Source: an uncultured virus (IMG/VR IMGVR_UViG_2684622643_000005) (lineage: Duplodnaviria; Heunggongvirae; Uroviricota; Caudoviricetes). From it: 64,000 nucleotides of DNA. Made by a program: the position numbers and the translations under genes. Every line of letters starts with the position of its first letter. The first letter of the stretch is position 1. The stretch spans positions 1 to 64,000 of the IMG/VR virus record IMGVR_UViG_2684622643_000005, one strand, 5' to 3'. Of this stretch, positions 37,165-46,405 are shown piece after piece. The notes below the pieces were generated by a model, which was not told the origin of the DNA, ran no database searches, and was given only the letters and a program-made list of their open reading frames with translations.

Positions 37165-37411
37165 GGGGCGCCCTCCCCTGGAACCAGACCTTATGGGGAG
37201 TGATACCGGGGATCATCTCCGCACGGCGACGAAGAACCTCGGCGCGTTCGTGAGGAACACCAGTCCTGTCCGAAACCCCATTGCGATAACCATGCATGTA
37301 GGCTGCCGTTGACCGTTCGGCACGCTGGCCGTCCTTGCCAGCCATGTAGCCCTGAACCATCTCCCAATCGGCGTCCGAGTACATATCTGGCTTGCGATAG
37401 TTCGGCATCAC
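37157..37411 (-). CDS. Phage hypothetical protein
   Basis: Coupled; repeated GY..G motifs. Confidence 0.6.
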   Translation of the reverse strand: MMPNYRKPDMYSDADWEMVQGYMAGKDGQRAERSTAAYMHGYRNGVSDRTGVPHERAEVLRRRAEMIPGITPHKVWFQGRAPRD

Positions 37412-37608
37412 ACAGCCCTCCGCTCAGTCAGTTCCGCACAGTCCCGGCATTTACGAACACCAGGGATGATCGAGCGCCGCGCTACCGGGATATCCTCGCC
37501 GCAGTCTTCACATTCGGACAGGCTCTCGCCGACGTACTTGACTCGGGAGTACAGGAGTTCAGCGAGTTCACGCTCGGCGTAATCGTTGGCGATGTCTACG
37601 ATATCCAT
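37408..37608 (-). CDS. TraR/DksA C4-type zinc finger protein
   Basis: N-terminal DxxDxA, CEDCGEDIP..RR...CRDC. Confidence 0.88.
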   Translation of the reverse strand: MDIVDIANDYAERELAELLYSRVKYVGESLSECEDCGEDIPVARRSIIPGVRKCRDCAELTERRAV

Positions 37609-37609
37609 G

Positions 37610-38119
37610 TCACTCGCCCTCCCCTTGCAGGCTCTTCAGCAGTGCCTTGAGTTGGCGATAGCTTTCCATCGACTTGGCGCTCGATTCGCGCTCCTGCTCG
37701 ACTGCCAGCGCGACGTCCTCGATGCGATCAGACAGGCGCTTCATGTGCTCGGCCATGCCGGCGAGCTCGTTTGCCAGTTCGCCTAGCATCTCCAGCGGGG
37801 AGGCGGAGCGCTTCGGCTCGGACTGGGTTTCGATCTTCTTCGCGGGCTCCGCCATCTTCGGCTCCTGATGCTTGGTCTTTTTCTCGACTTGGATTCGTTG
37901 GTAGTGGTCAGTACCAGTGCGGCGGATCAGTCCGGAATCGACAAGATCGCGCAGACAGCCCTGGACAATCCGAACGTCCGGCGTGCTTCCAGTCATGTTG
38001 CGGAGCGCGGTGAGCACCTGGAACGAACGCCAGGGCTCAGAGATCGGTACGCACTCGTAGACCTTCTTCGCGATTCCAGTCTGTCCCTGCATGAGGGACT
38101 CCTGTTTTGCGGGCGTCAC
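37610..38119 (-). CDS. Winged-helix plus coiled-coil hypothetical protein
   Basis: CLRDLVDSGLIR wHTH-like segment; GGAGG RBS. Confidence 0.65.
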   Translation of the reverse strand: MTPAKQESLMQGQTGIAKKVYECVPISEPWRSFQVLTALRNMTGSTPDVRIVQGCLRDLVDSGLIRRTGTDHYQRIQVEKKTKHQEPKMAEPAKKIETQSEPKRSASPLEMLGELANELAGMAEHMKRLSDRIEDVALAVEQERESSAKSMESYRQLKALLKSLQGEGE

Positions 38120-38231
38120 TGCTCGATCCTCCCTTCAGGCCAGATGCTCTTCACGACCTCTACCGGGTCGCTTTCGTCCATTACGATCATGGTGAAGCGC
38201 TTGGCGCCTACGATTACGGTCCAGGATCGTT

Positions 38232-39617
38232 TCATTGGCCCGCTCCTTTGCTGCCATAGCGGTCAGACAGCCGAGTTACTTTCTGCGGCCTATCGGCCTC
38301 AGCAGGCCGCCATTCAGCGGATAGGTTTTCAAAGCGGTTGTACTGACCCAAGAACGCAGCACGTACCGTCCCCGTTTCAACGTCGCGCCCCTTTGCGACG
38401 ATGATCTCGGCCACCCCTTTGAACTCGGTATGCTCGTTGTAGACCTCGTCCCGGTAGACGAAGAGGATGATGTCTGCGTCCTGCTCAATGGCGCCGGATT
38501 CGCGGAGGTCGGACTGGATCGGGCGCTTGTTAGGGCGCTCCTCACACTTTCGGGAAAGCTGGCTTAGGAGAATCACAGGAACGCCAAGTTCGTTTGCCAG
38601 GAGCTTGAAGCCGCGGCTGATTGAGCTGATGACGTTGACGCGGTTCTCCCCCTCCCCGTCCATGAGCTGCAGGTAGTCGACCATCAGCATGTCGAGTCCA
38701 TAGCGCATCTTGTGACGGCGCGCCATGGCGCGAACTCGGCCGATCGTATTCAGGGCTGGCCTGTCCGCGAGGTACAGGCTGGACATGCTGATAGTCCGCG
38801 ATGCGGCACCCAGCTCGGCACCGTACTCCTCGCATGCGGTACCGTTTCGGATCATGTTCAGCGGAATCTTTCCGACTGAAGCAACGGCGCGGTCAATGAG
38901 CTGCCCATTGCTCATCTCAAGGCTAAGCGCCAGCACTGACTTCCGCTCCTTGAGCGCCGCATGGATCGAGCAGGACATTGCGAAGGTTGTCTTGCCCATC
39001 GCTGGTCGGCCAGCGACGACAATCAGTTGGCCCGGCAGGAACCCGCCGATCTTGGCGTCGAGATCAGTCAGCCCAGAAGAAATACCCATCAGGGTTTGTC
39101 CGCTCCGATAGCGGTCGTGGCGCTGCTGCCAGACCTCAACCTGGGTTGCCAGGACATCTGAAGCCTTCTGAACGTCAACGCTAGTTTCGCCAGCATCCAC
39201 TGCCATGATTGCGGCATGAGCAGCAGAGACCTTTTCAGCGGTCTCCTGGCTCGAACTGGCAATCTCGGAAATGTCCTGGGCAGCGATATGCAGTGCCCGA
39301 TCAACAGCGCGCTCACGGACGATACGGGCATAGGTCGAGGCGCTAGCAATACTCGGAGTGTTCTTCACGATCTCGCAGCAGTAAGCCAGTGCCGGGGTCT
39401 CGCTAGGAAGCGCTCCAAGCTGCTCAGCTACGGTCAGGAAGTCGACCGCCTTGTTGGCAGAGCGTACCGCCATGATCGCCCGGAACACCTCAGCGTTGTC
39501 TGCGAAATAGAACGACTCCGGGGTCAGCTCATCGGCAAGAACGTCGATTAGCTCCGGACGCTGCATCATCGCGCCAAGAACCCCGTGCTCGGCTTCGAGG
39601 CTGTAGGGATCACGCAT
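38232..39617 (-). CDS. DnaB-like replicative helicase
   Basis: AGRPAMGKT, SLEMS, VDYLQL, LSQLSR, SDLRESGAIEQDAD. Confidence 0.95.
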   Translation of the reverse strand: MRDPYSLEAEHGVLGAMMQRPELIDVLADELTPESFYFADNAEVFRAIMAVRSANKAVDFLTVAEQLGALPSETPALAYCCEIVKNTPSIASASTYARIVRERAVDRALHIAAQDISEIASSSQETAEKVSAAHAAIMAVDAGETSVDVQKASDVLATQVEVWQQRHDRYRSGQTLMGISSGLTDLDAKIGGFLPGQLIVVAGRPAMGKTTFAMSCSIHAALKERKSVLALSLEMSNGQLIDRAVASVGKIPLNMIRNGTACEEYGAELGAASRTISMSSLYLADRPALNTIGRVRAMARRHKMRYGLDMLMVDYLQLMDGEGENRVNVISSISRGFKLLANELGVPVILLSQLSRKCEERPNKRPIQSDLRESGAIEQDADIILFVYRDEVYNEHTEFKGVAEIIVAKGRDVETGTVRAAFLGQYNRFENLSAEWRPAEADRPQKVTRLSDRYGSKGAGQ

Positions 39618-40320
39618 GGTAATTGCCCTCCACAACCTTGACGAAGTTGGAGGGAGCAATCAGCCAGTCGAAGCAGCAGCGAAACACTTTCCCGTCGCGA
39701 CCCGTCACCCTCCCCATCAGGAAATCACTGGCGCGAACGGTATCGAAGTAATCTCTCCAGAAGCCAAGGTCCTGATGGACTTCGCTGTCATTCCAGCGAG
39801 CCTGCACCTTCGACTTCCGATCTTTGTTGATCAAGACCACGGTCGGCAGCTCTGGAAGCACTTCGTTGAACAGGTCGACAATCGCCTTTACCGGGCAGGC
39901 AGTCTTCTTGGAATTCGCATCTTCGGCAGCAGCGGTTGCTTCTACTGACGGTTCACTTGATGGTTCTATTACGGTTCTGGGGGCACCAGGTGCCGGGGTG
40001 GGCGGCACGTCGTGCCGGGGTGGGGCGGCATCTGGTGCCGGGGGGCATGTCGTGCCGGGGGCATAAGATGCCGGGGTAACGGTGTACCAAGTGGATCGGC
40101 CATTGCGCTGGTGACTGATCAGTATCTTTGCATCCTCCAGCCAGCGAAGCGCGTTGCGCACAGCGCGCTCTGACAGGCAGGTACGCTCTGCAATCTTGGC
40201 AACGGACGGCCAGCAAACGCCGTCATCGTTCGAGTTGTCAGCCAACGAGATAAGAACGGCTTTCTGTGGGGCGCTCATTCCCTGAAGCGGCCAGCACTGA
40301 GTCATGATTATCGTGCTCAC
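39610..40320 (-). CDS. Replication initiator (O-like, N-terminal HTH)
   Basis: KAVLISLADN...CWPSVAKIA, Pro-rich linker, FDWL...KVVEGNY. Confidence 0.85.
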   Translation of the reverse strand: MSTIIMTQCWPLQGMSAPQKAVLISLADNSNDDGVCWPSVAKIAERTCLSERAVRNALRWLEDAKILISHQRNGRSTWYTVTPASYAPGTTCPPAPDAAPPRHDVPPTPAPGAPRTVIEPSSEPSVEATAAAEDANSKKTACPVKAIVDLFNEVLPELPTVVLINKDRKSKVQARWNDSEVHQDLGFWRDYFDTVRASDFLMGRVTGRDGKVFRCCFDWLIAPSNFVKVVEGNYHA

Positions 40321-40913
40321 CAGTCAAGCTCCTCTTCTTTCTCATCGACGAGGCTAGGCTGTTCCTGGGGCGCGCTCGCACCTGGGTCCTTTTCCGGAAC
40401 AAAGCCCAGCAGTTCTCCTCTCAGGCAGATGATTGCCCCGTACAACCAGCTATTGGGATTAGCTCGGCCGCGATACCAGATCTGTCCGTCCTTCTGGTAC
40501 ATGTAGATGCCGCTGAACTTCGCAGCCTCGTTCAAGGCCTCGACTCGTTCAGCCGCTTCTGCACAGAGGAAAGCGTTATGAAGCCGTTCCTTTTCTTCTT
40601 CTTCGTAACCGTCAGAGGTCAAAGCAAAGCCACTGCTGTAGCCCTGAATGATGCTGGCTATCGACTTAAAAGGACCTGCGAAGAATTCTCTGGAATGGTT
40701 AACTCGCCTGTCAGCTAAGCCATCGTGAATCTCGGCCTCAACATCTTTCGGATCTTCAACTTGGCCAAAACACAAAAGCTTGAATGGGAGTGGCGAGCTT
40801 GTAGAACTGGATAGCTCGTCGCACCGCTGCAATGGAGCACGCTCCGTCATACCTATCTTGTAGATTCCCGGCATTGCGGCGTTGCCCAGACAGTAGATGA
40901 ACCCGTAGTTCAT
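40317..40913 (-). CDS. T5orf172/GIY-YIG domain protein
   Basis: GFIY...YKIGMT, EAEIH, REFF. Confidence 0.8.
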   Translation of the reverse strand: MNYGFIYCLGNAAMPGIYKIGMTERAPLQRCDELSSSTSSPLPFKLLCFGQVEDPKDVEAEIHDGLADRRVNHSREFFAGPFKSIASIIQGYSSGFALTSDGYEEEEKERLHNAFLCAEAAERVEALNEAAKFSGIYMYQKDGQIWYRGRANPNSWLYGAIICLRGELLGFVPEKDPGASAPQEQPSLVDEKEEELDW

Positions 40914-40916
40914 GGG

Positions 40917-41114
40917 TTATGCTTCCTGTGTGTTGTGTTTTTCCACGCGTGTTTCGGCTGCCACCGATCCACGCACCGACAAAGCCCTGTAGTAGTCGCT
41001 CAGGGCTTTGTTGTATCTGCGCCTCCACTCACTCGAACCCATGCCCGCCAGCTCTTCAGCAGCGTTAGCCATTGCGGCGTAGTCAGAGTTCGTGAGACGA
41101 GGGCGCATAGTCAC
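40917..41114 (-). CDS. Phage hypothetical protein
   Basis: Coupled to the cII-like gene. Confidence 0.5.
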   Translation of the reverse strand: MTMRPRLTNSDYAAMANAAEELAGMGSSEWRRRYNKALSDYYRALSVRGSVAAETRVEKHNTQEA

Positions 41115-41575
41115 TTCGCCCTGTGCAGTTCGAGCACGGCCCGAACCTCTTCATGCCTGGCGGACATGTGCTTGGCATGCAAGGCCAAAATCTCTTTCGC
41201 TTCGTCAGCGCTGATCTCCCCGTCCTCCAGGGCCAGAGCGATCATCTGATCAACCCGGCCACGCTTAACCGCTGTACGCAGCGAACGGTGGTGCAGGTCT
41301 ACGTTGTCCAGATCGCCCGCTTCCGGCGTCCGCACAAACACTCCCCCATACATCGCGCAGATGTAGTCCGGCAGATAGGAAGTCCCCATCTCCTGCTCCA
41401 GGACGTACAGGTCGCCGTCGCTCAGGGGCTTCACGCCCGCCGTTTCGTACATCTGGTTCTCCAGGCGCTTCAGCGGAATCCCCAGCCGCGCGGCAGCGCA
41501 ATCGCGACCGCCCGGATAGGCATTGGCTACCGTGGTCATTACCTTTCTGCGGGTCTCTAGTACGGGCGTTTTCAT
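41111..41575 (-). CDS. CII-like / YmfL-type regulatory protein
   Basis: YPGG..AAARLG HTH, ALEDGEISADE; position after cro. Confidence 0.72.
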   Translation of the reverse strand: MKTPVLETRRKVMTTVANAYPGGRDCAAARLGIPLKRLENQMYETAGVKPLSDGDLYVLEQEMGTSYLPDYICAMYGGVFVRTPEAGDLDNVDLHHRSLRTAVKRGRVDQMIALALEDGEISADEAKEILALHAKHMSARHEEVRAVLELHRAK

Positions 41576-41718
41576 GCTCTAGTTCTTCCCATGAGGTCGG
41601 TGCTATACGCTGTCAGCCGTGAATTGAGGGGACGGCGAAAGCCAGCGCTTCGAATGTGGAGTCCGGCGCAACCGTGGTAGCTTTTTGCTTCCACACGAAA
41701 AGGCCGCGGAGGCCGGAC

Positions 41719-41979
41719 ATGACTGACGAAATCGACAAGATCGTTGCGACGATCAACGCGCAGAAAGGCGAACTGATGGGCATCAACGCCTTCCTTATGG
41801 CAATGGCACGCTCGCTAACACCTGCGGAACTCGGGAGGGTTCTCGACGGGTTCGATAACGAAATTGAGCACATGCGATCGTTCTTGGCGTACTCGCAGCT
41901 TCCGGACGAAGTCATTGGGGGTCTCGAGGGTTATGTGAAGACTTGGAACGCGATTCGAACGAGGCCAAACCAGTCTTGA
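41719..41979 (+). CDS. Hypothetical protein antisense to the cro operon
   Basis: GGAGG RBS; plausible helical protein. Confidence 0.6.
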   Translation: MTDEIDKIVATINAQKGELMGINAFLMAMARSLTPAELGRVLDGFDNEIEHMRSFLAYSQLPDEVIGGLEGYVKTWNAIRTRPNQS

Positions 41980-42256
41980 GAGACTGCGCCCAGAAAGCGT
42001 CTCGGCTCTCCTCGTCATCCTTCAGCGCTTTCTCGGCAGTCACTTTCTCTGGCCCGGCCAGAACCATTTCGCGGGCCAGCTCGATGAAGCGCAGCGCATC
42101 CTCTTGGCTCATGCCTGAGTCGAACTGGATGTAGGCCGTTGGCCACTTGTCGATCAGCCGGATTTCACTGGAGCTCTTCCTCGACGACGTGGCGCCCAGG
42201 AAGTAGGCCATCGCCAACGAGGTCCCAAAGATCAGGATTTGCATGAATTCGGTCAT
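41912..42256 (-). CDS. Hypothetical protein with N-terminal TM helix
   Basis: GGAGG RBS after cro. Confidence 0.55.
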   Translation of the reverse strand: MTEFMQILIFGTSLAMAYFLGATSSRKSSSEIRLIDKWPTAYIQFDSGMSQEDALRFIELAREMVLAGPEKVTAEKALKDDEESRDAFWAQSLKTGLASFESRSKSSHNPRDPQ

Positions 42257-42288
42257 GGCTGGCCTCCCGGCCGGTAGATTGGTCGGGG

Positions 42289-42489
42289 TCAGGCAACGGC
42301 CTTGGCGGAGTGAGATGGGAAAGCCTTAACCTCCTCAGCCGAGTAGGTTCCGTCTGCGTTTTCGGTGACATAGATGTCACGCCCGACCCGCAACGCCTTG
42401 TTCAGTGCGCCCTGGGTCAGTCCCAGCAGCGCAGCGGCCTTGGTCTGGCCCTTCTGGGCAGAAAATTCTTTGAGAGGAATGCGGTGCAT
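42289..42489 (-). CDS. cro: Cro repressor
   Basis: GQTKAAALLGLTQGALNKAL and EEVKAFPS, closely resembling lambda Cro. Confidence 0.9.
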   Translation of the reverse strand: MHRIPLKEFSAQKGQTKAAALLGLTQGALNKALRVGRDIYVTENADGTYSAEEVKAFPSHSAKAVA

Positions 42490-42513
42490 AACCCAGGTCT
42501 CCATGGTTTATCC

Positions 42514-42586
42514 ATGGACAAAGTATTGCCGGCGGTTATTTCAAAGTCAATGCCGGCGGCGATGGATACCTATCGCCTGCGGGAAT
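42514..42586. promoter_or_regulatory. OR-like operator region
   Basis: Three related imperfect palindromes (TATTGCCGGCGGTTA, AATGCCGGCGGCGAT, ATCGCCTGCGGGAATA) between cro and cI. Confidence 0.65.
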
Positions 42587-42597
42587 ACCCTTCGCAC

Positions 42598-43377
42598 ATG
42601 AGCGACAAGAAACGTGAAATCTCCCAGTGGGAGAAAGAGGAATGCGCAAAGCTGAAAGCTGCGCTGGAAGAATTCAACGCCGGGAAATCCCGGAAGGACA
42701 GCCTTACCCAGGGGAAAATCGCCGAAGCTCTCGACATGAGTCAGGGCTCCGTGAGTTCCTATCTCAACGGGTACAACGCGCTCAATGCGAGGTTTGCTTC
42801 GTACGTTGCCTCGCAAATTGGGATTCGTATCGAGTCATTCAGTGAACGGCTGGCGGCGGAAGTTGGGGAGATGGCCAAGGCTGTACATGCAGAACCCGCA
42901 AAGGGGAATGTCATCCCTGCCGACTTTTCAAGGCAGAGGACAAAGAGCGGGTTCATTGTCGTCCCCCAATACGATATCGCTGCCTCCATGGGGAAAGGCC
43001 TGGCGCGCCCAGAATTTGATGTCGTTATCGACTCGATTGTCGCGAGCATCGATTACTTATCTCGCAACGTCAGGTACTCAGCGCCAGACAACCTCGCGCT
43101 AATCACGGGATATGGCGACAGCATGCAGCCTACGTTTTCGGACGGAGACATCCTTCTAGTCGATACCGGCATCACTGAGATAAAGATAGATGCCGTCTAC
43201 GTTATGGCCCTGAAGGATGAGCTTTACATAAAGCGGATGCAGCGAAGGGCAGATGGCACCTTTCTGATGATCTCAGACAACAACGCATACCCACCAATCG
43301 AGGTATCCAGCGCCGAATTAAAAAGATTCCAGGTGCTCGCTAGGGTCCTGCTGGCCTGGAATGCGAAGAGACTGTGA
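42598..43377 (+). CDS. CI-like repressor (HTH + S24 autopeptidase)
   Basis: TQGKIAEALDMSQGSVSSYLNG HTH; GDSMQP and YIKR. Confidence 0.92.
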   Translation: MSDKKREISQWEKEECAKLKAALEEFNAGKSRKDSLTQGKIAEALDMSQGSVSSYLNGYNALNARFASYVASQIGIRIESFSERLAAEVGEMAKAVHAEPAKGNVIPADFSRQRTKSGFIVVPQYDIAASMGKGLARPEFDVVIDSIVASIDYLSRNVRYSAPDNLALITGYGDSMQPTFSDGDILLVDTGITEIKIDAVYVMALKDELYIKRMQRRADGTFLMISDNNAYPPIEVSSAELKRFQVLARVLLAWNAKRL

Positions 43378-43406
43378 TGGACACCTGATGTTCAAGGAGA
43401 GAAACG

Positions 43407-44057
43407 ATGGTCGACTGGCACGCTGAATTTGGGGATAGCCGGATTTTCCACGAGAAGCGCATAGACCGAAGGTCTGTCGATGAGCTTGCAGGACTGGCGG
43501 CTGGGATCACTGCTGATGGGCATATCAATCAGCAGGAGGCCGAGTTCCTACAGGATTGGATCGCTACGAACCTGGTCCATCTTGACGATCCAGTGACCAA
43601 CCTCCTCTACAGGAGGCTCTCAGACATGCTGTCCGATGGCGTGTTAGACGCTGATGAGTCTGCTGAACTGCTTGAGATTCTTAGAGGATTTGGTGGCCTC
43701 TCTGCTTCCAAGCCGAAACCAAGCGACAATGTCTTTACTCCATCGAATGCTCTTCCGCTCAACAATCCAGCTCCCAAGCTTGAGTGGTCGGGCCATCTCT
43801 ACGTTTTCACTGGCGTCATGGTCTACGGCCCCAGGAAGCATTGCGAAGAGATCGTCGTCAACCGCGGCGGGGGAATAGCTCCGGGCATCAGCAAAAAGGT
43901 GCACTACCTGGTCGTCGGCGAGATAGGCAACGAGCAGTGGCTTCACAGCACCTACGGAACCAAAATCAAGCGAGCTGTCGAGTTGCGGGAGGAAGGCCAT
44001 CCCATCGCGATCATCAGCGAGAAGCACTGGCAAGCCTCGATGTTCAACCTGGTCTAG
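43407..44057 (+). CDS. BRCT-domain protein
   Basis: VFTG, RGG, SKKVHYLVVG, GTKIKRA, IISEKHW; N-terminal ADG....E tellurite-resistance-like helices. Confidence 0.8.
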   Translation: MVDWHAEFGDSRIFHEKRIDRRSVDELAGLAAGITADGHINQQEAEFLQDWIATNLVHLDDPVTNLLYRRLSDMLSDGVLDADESAELLEILRGFGGLSASKPKPSDNVFTPSNALPLNNPAPKLEWSGHLYVFTGVMVYGPRKHCEEIVVNRGGGIAPGISKKVHYLVVGEIGNEQWLHSTYGTKIKRAVELREEGHPIAIISEKHWQASMFNLV

Positions 44058-44096
44058 GTGAGGCGAGGCGTCATCGCATATGGGCCGCAGGCTCAC

Positions 44097-44141
44097 AAGC
44101 ACCGCATCATAGGCAAGGTCATCTGGAGGGGGGATCTCTAA
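44097..44141 (+). pseudogene. Remnant C-terminus of a second S24 repressor gene
   Basis: Reads KHRIIGKVIWRGDL*. Confidence 0.55.
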
Positions 44142-44263
44142 AGGATGTTGCGGGAGTACCGGAGGATCATTGGGCAATAGCGGAGTCATTACGTTTTCGT
44201 TCCGGTCTGGGATCGTGGGGTACTGATAAACACTGAGCCAGATCGCAAGCAAAAGCCAAATAG

Positions 44264-45439
44264 ATGGATAGGGAAATGACAGAACTTGAGTTACCAGCCG
44301 TTGAGCGACCTGGTGAAGCGGACCTCGATGCGATGACCTTTGGTAGAGCTCTCCATGAGTGGGCTCGAAGGCATGGAGCATTGGCGTTTCGAGAAGTTGC
44401 GCCTGCAGCAGAGGTTATGCCGCTGGAGCGAATCTTCGATACAGATGCGGACTCGGCCAAGCGCATATCTCAAGCTCTGCACCGATTGAAAATTACGGCG
44501 ATCACTGCAGATGGGGAAAATGGAACGGTTTCTGTCCTCTGCAAGAATGCAATCTCGTCTCAGATCGACAAGAAGCTGCCGAAGCGTGTTCACGAAATTG
44601 ATATCACCTATACCGGGAAAACCACGGTAGAGGTAAATCCGCCAGCTATCCCATTTTCAGGCTCTGCGGGGTCACCCGTTTGGTTTTCGCATGGAGGGAG
44701 AATTGCCTGCGGCTCTTCTGTAACGTCCAGTCAAGTGTTTGACGCAGGTACGCTTGGCTTTCTAGCACGTCTAGCAGATGGTCGTCTTGTTGGCTTTTCG
44801 AATAACCACGTGACCGGTGAATGCAACCATACCCCGCCAGGTATGCACATTCTTAGTCCTTCCCCGCTCGATGCTACTCCATCCAGCCCACCGCCATTGG
44901 CCATAGGCTCTCATTTCGCCTTGGTTCCGCTTCACAGCGGAGATCCAAATCAGATCAGCCTTCAAGAAACTGACGCAGCGATTTTCTTGATCACCGAGCC
45001 AGATTGCGTCTCTTCGATGCAAGGGAACGGCTTCTATGACACTCCAGCTGAAACTATTCCCTTGCATGCGGGACTAAGAGTCAAGAAGGTTGGCAGAACG
45101 ACAGGACTGAGAGTTGGCACGGTTTTGGGTGAGATGGTTGTCCCGTTCTTCATCCCTTACAAGTCCAGCAAATTCCAGTCTATAGTATATTTCTCTGGCG
45201 TCTGGGCGGTTGAGGGCGACGGCGGAAACACCTTCTCTGAAGGTGGTGACAGCGGATCTCTCGTTGTTACTGCCGATGGAACGAAAGCGGTCGGAGTGGT
45301 CTTCGCGGGAGGTGGTAATGTGTCATACATTCTCCCTATCGACAAAATCCTCGACCTTTTCACTATGACGCTAGTGTCAGGACACAACTCGGAGCTAGCA
45401 AATGAACAGCCGTCAAGCAGCAGCGACGTTACTGCGTAG
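44264..45439 (+). CDS. Trypsin-like serine protease (Nal1-like architecture)
   Basis: GTLG, SNNHV (His), DAAI (Asp), KVGRTTG, GGDSGS (Ser). Confidence 0.85.
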   Translation: MDREMTELELPAVERPGEADLDAMTFGRALHEWARRHGALAFREVAPAAEVMPLERIFDTDADSAKRISQALHRLKITAITADGENGTVSVLCKNAISSQIDKKLPKRVHEIDITYTGKTTVEVNPPAIPFSGSAGSPVWFSHGGRIACGSSVTSSQVFDAGTLGFLARLADGRLVGFSNNHVTGECNHTPPGMHILSPSPLDATPSSPPPLAIGSHFALVPLHSGDPNQISLQETDAAIFLITEPDCVSSMQGNGFYDTPAETIPLHAGLRVKKVGRTTGLRVGTVLGEMVVPFFIPYKSSKFQSIVYFSGVWAVEGDGGNTFSEGGDSGSLVVTADGTKAVGVVFAGGGNVSYILPIDKILDLFTMTLVSGHNSELANEQPSSSSDVTA

Positions 45440-45614
45440 GCTGAACCTGCCTGAAGGAACAGCAAACGTGGTGGTTGATGATCAACACGACCCAGCTGAG
45501 CTGACAGTGCTCGTATTCTGCCCTCCAAAGCCGATGCTTGTAGTGGATGAGTGGGAGGGGCACCCGGTTCGTATACTGTTTACTGGCGCTCCGCCAATGG
45601 CCCATCTCCACTGA
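45402..45614 (+). CDS. Small partner protein overlapping the protease gene
   Basis: GGAG RBS; followed by a terminator. Confidence 0.6.
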   Translation: MNSRQAAATLLRRLNLPEGTANVVVDDQHDPAELTVLVFCPPKPMLVVDEWEGHPVRILFTGAPPMAHLH

Positions 45615-45617
45615 GAT

Positions 45618-45641
45618 GAAGCCCCGCACCGCGGGGCTTTT
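45618..45641 (+). terminator. Intrinsic terminator
   Basis: GAAGCCCCGC-ACC-GCGGGGCTTTT. Confidence 0.7.
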
Positions 45642-45770
45642 CGTTCCAGGATGCCCTCCACTCCCGGCTCTGCGCTGAACTGACGACAGCCATGCCCCGG
45701 CGCTGCCCTTCCCGCCTGACACCACAACCAAAGCCCGCCTAGCGCGGGCTTTTTCATGGGCGCAAGAAAA

Positions 45771-45816
45771 TATATCTCCGCCGGTATTGACTTATGTATA
45801 TCCGGCGGCTATAGTT
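45771..45816 (+). promoter_or_regulatory. pL/OL-like promoter-operator
   Basis: TTGACT-N17-TATAGT overlapped by operator-like CCGCCGG/CCGGCGG palindromes. Confidence 0.7.
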
Positions 45817-45861
45817 AATCCATAGCCGCAGCCAATACGCGGCCCAGGCCACCGAGCCGAC

Positions 45862-45875
45862 CGCTCTTTCGACAA
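45862..45875 (+). promoter_or_regulatory. boxA-like (nut) sequence
   Basis: CGCTCTTTCGACAA shortly after pL. Confidence 0.55.
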
Positions 45876-46405
45876 TTTGGGAACCCTCTGCTGCGCCAAC
45901 GTCGCGAGACGCTGGAAGAGGCAAAAGACGCAGCCCGAGCTGGGCCGGACAGTCCAGCCGTGCAAGCCCATGCGTTGCACGCGACGTCGCTCAAGTCACC
46001 TGTCAATAGACCAAAGAAGCAAACGCAGGAGTGGGAATGAACCCAGACAAGGAGAAGCGACCGAGATGACACCAATAGGAGGAAACAGCCAATGCAGTAC
46101 TAAGCCCAGCCGATGTTCGGGTCGGCAATCCGCGCGTACGTGCCCTACTCAACGGGCCGCCGGGCTGCACTCAAGCGCGGAGTAACACTGATACCCCATG
46201 ACCAGCGCTGTATGCCGATTGAAGGCGTTGCGAGGGAAGCCCAAGGCCAAACACATCGAGTCCGAGCTGCTATCGGCAGTGGTGAGGACACACCACCCGC
46301 GAGTTGTAGAAGCCCAGTTAGGCGAACGCGGTGATTTGAGCGCTGCTAAATGCAGCGCTTTCCAGGGCCTCCTTCGATAGGCGGTCGCGGAAAGCGGAGA
46401 CTGAA

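Noticed and set aside
46085..46190. Twister or twister-sister ribozyme
   Set aside because: Only fragments (TAAGCC, TAACACT, CACTCA) resemble the consensus; I could not assemble the required order and pseudoknots
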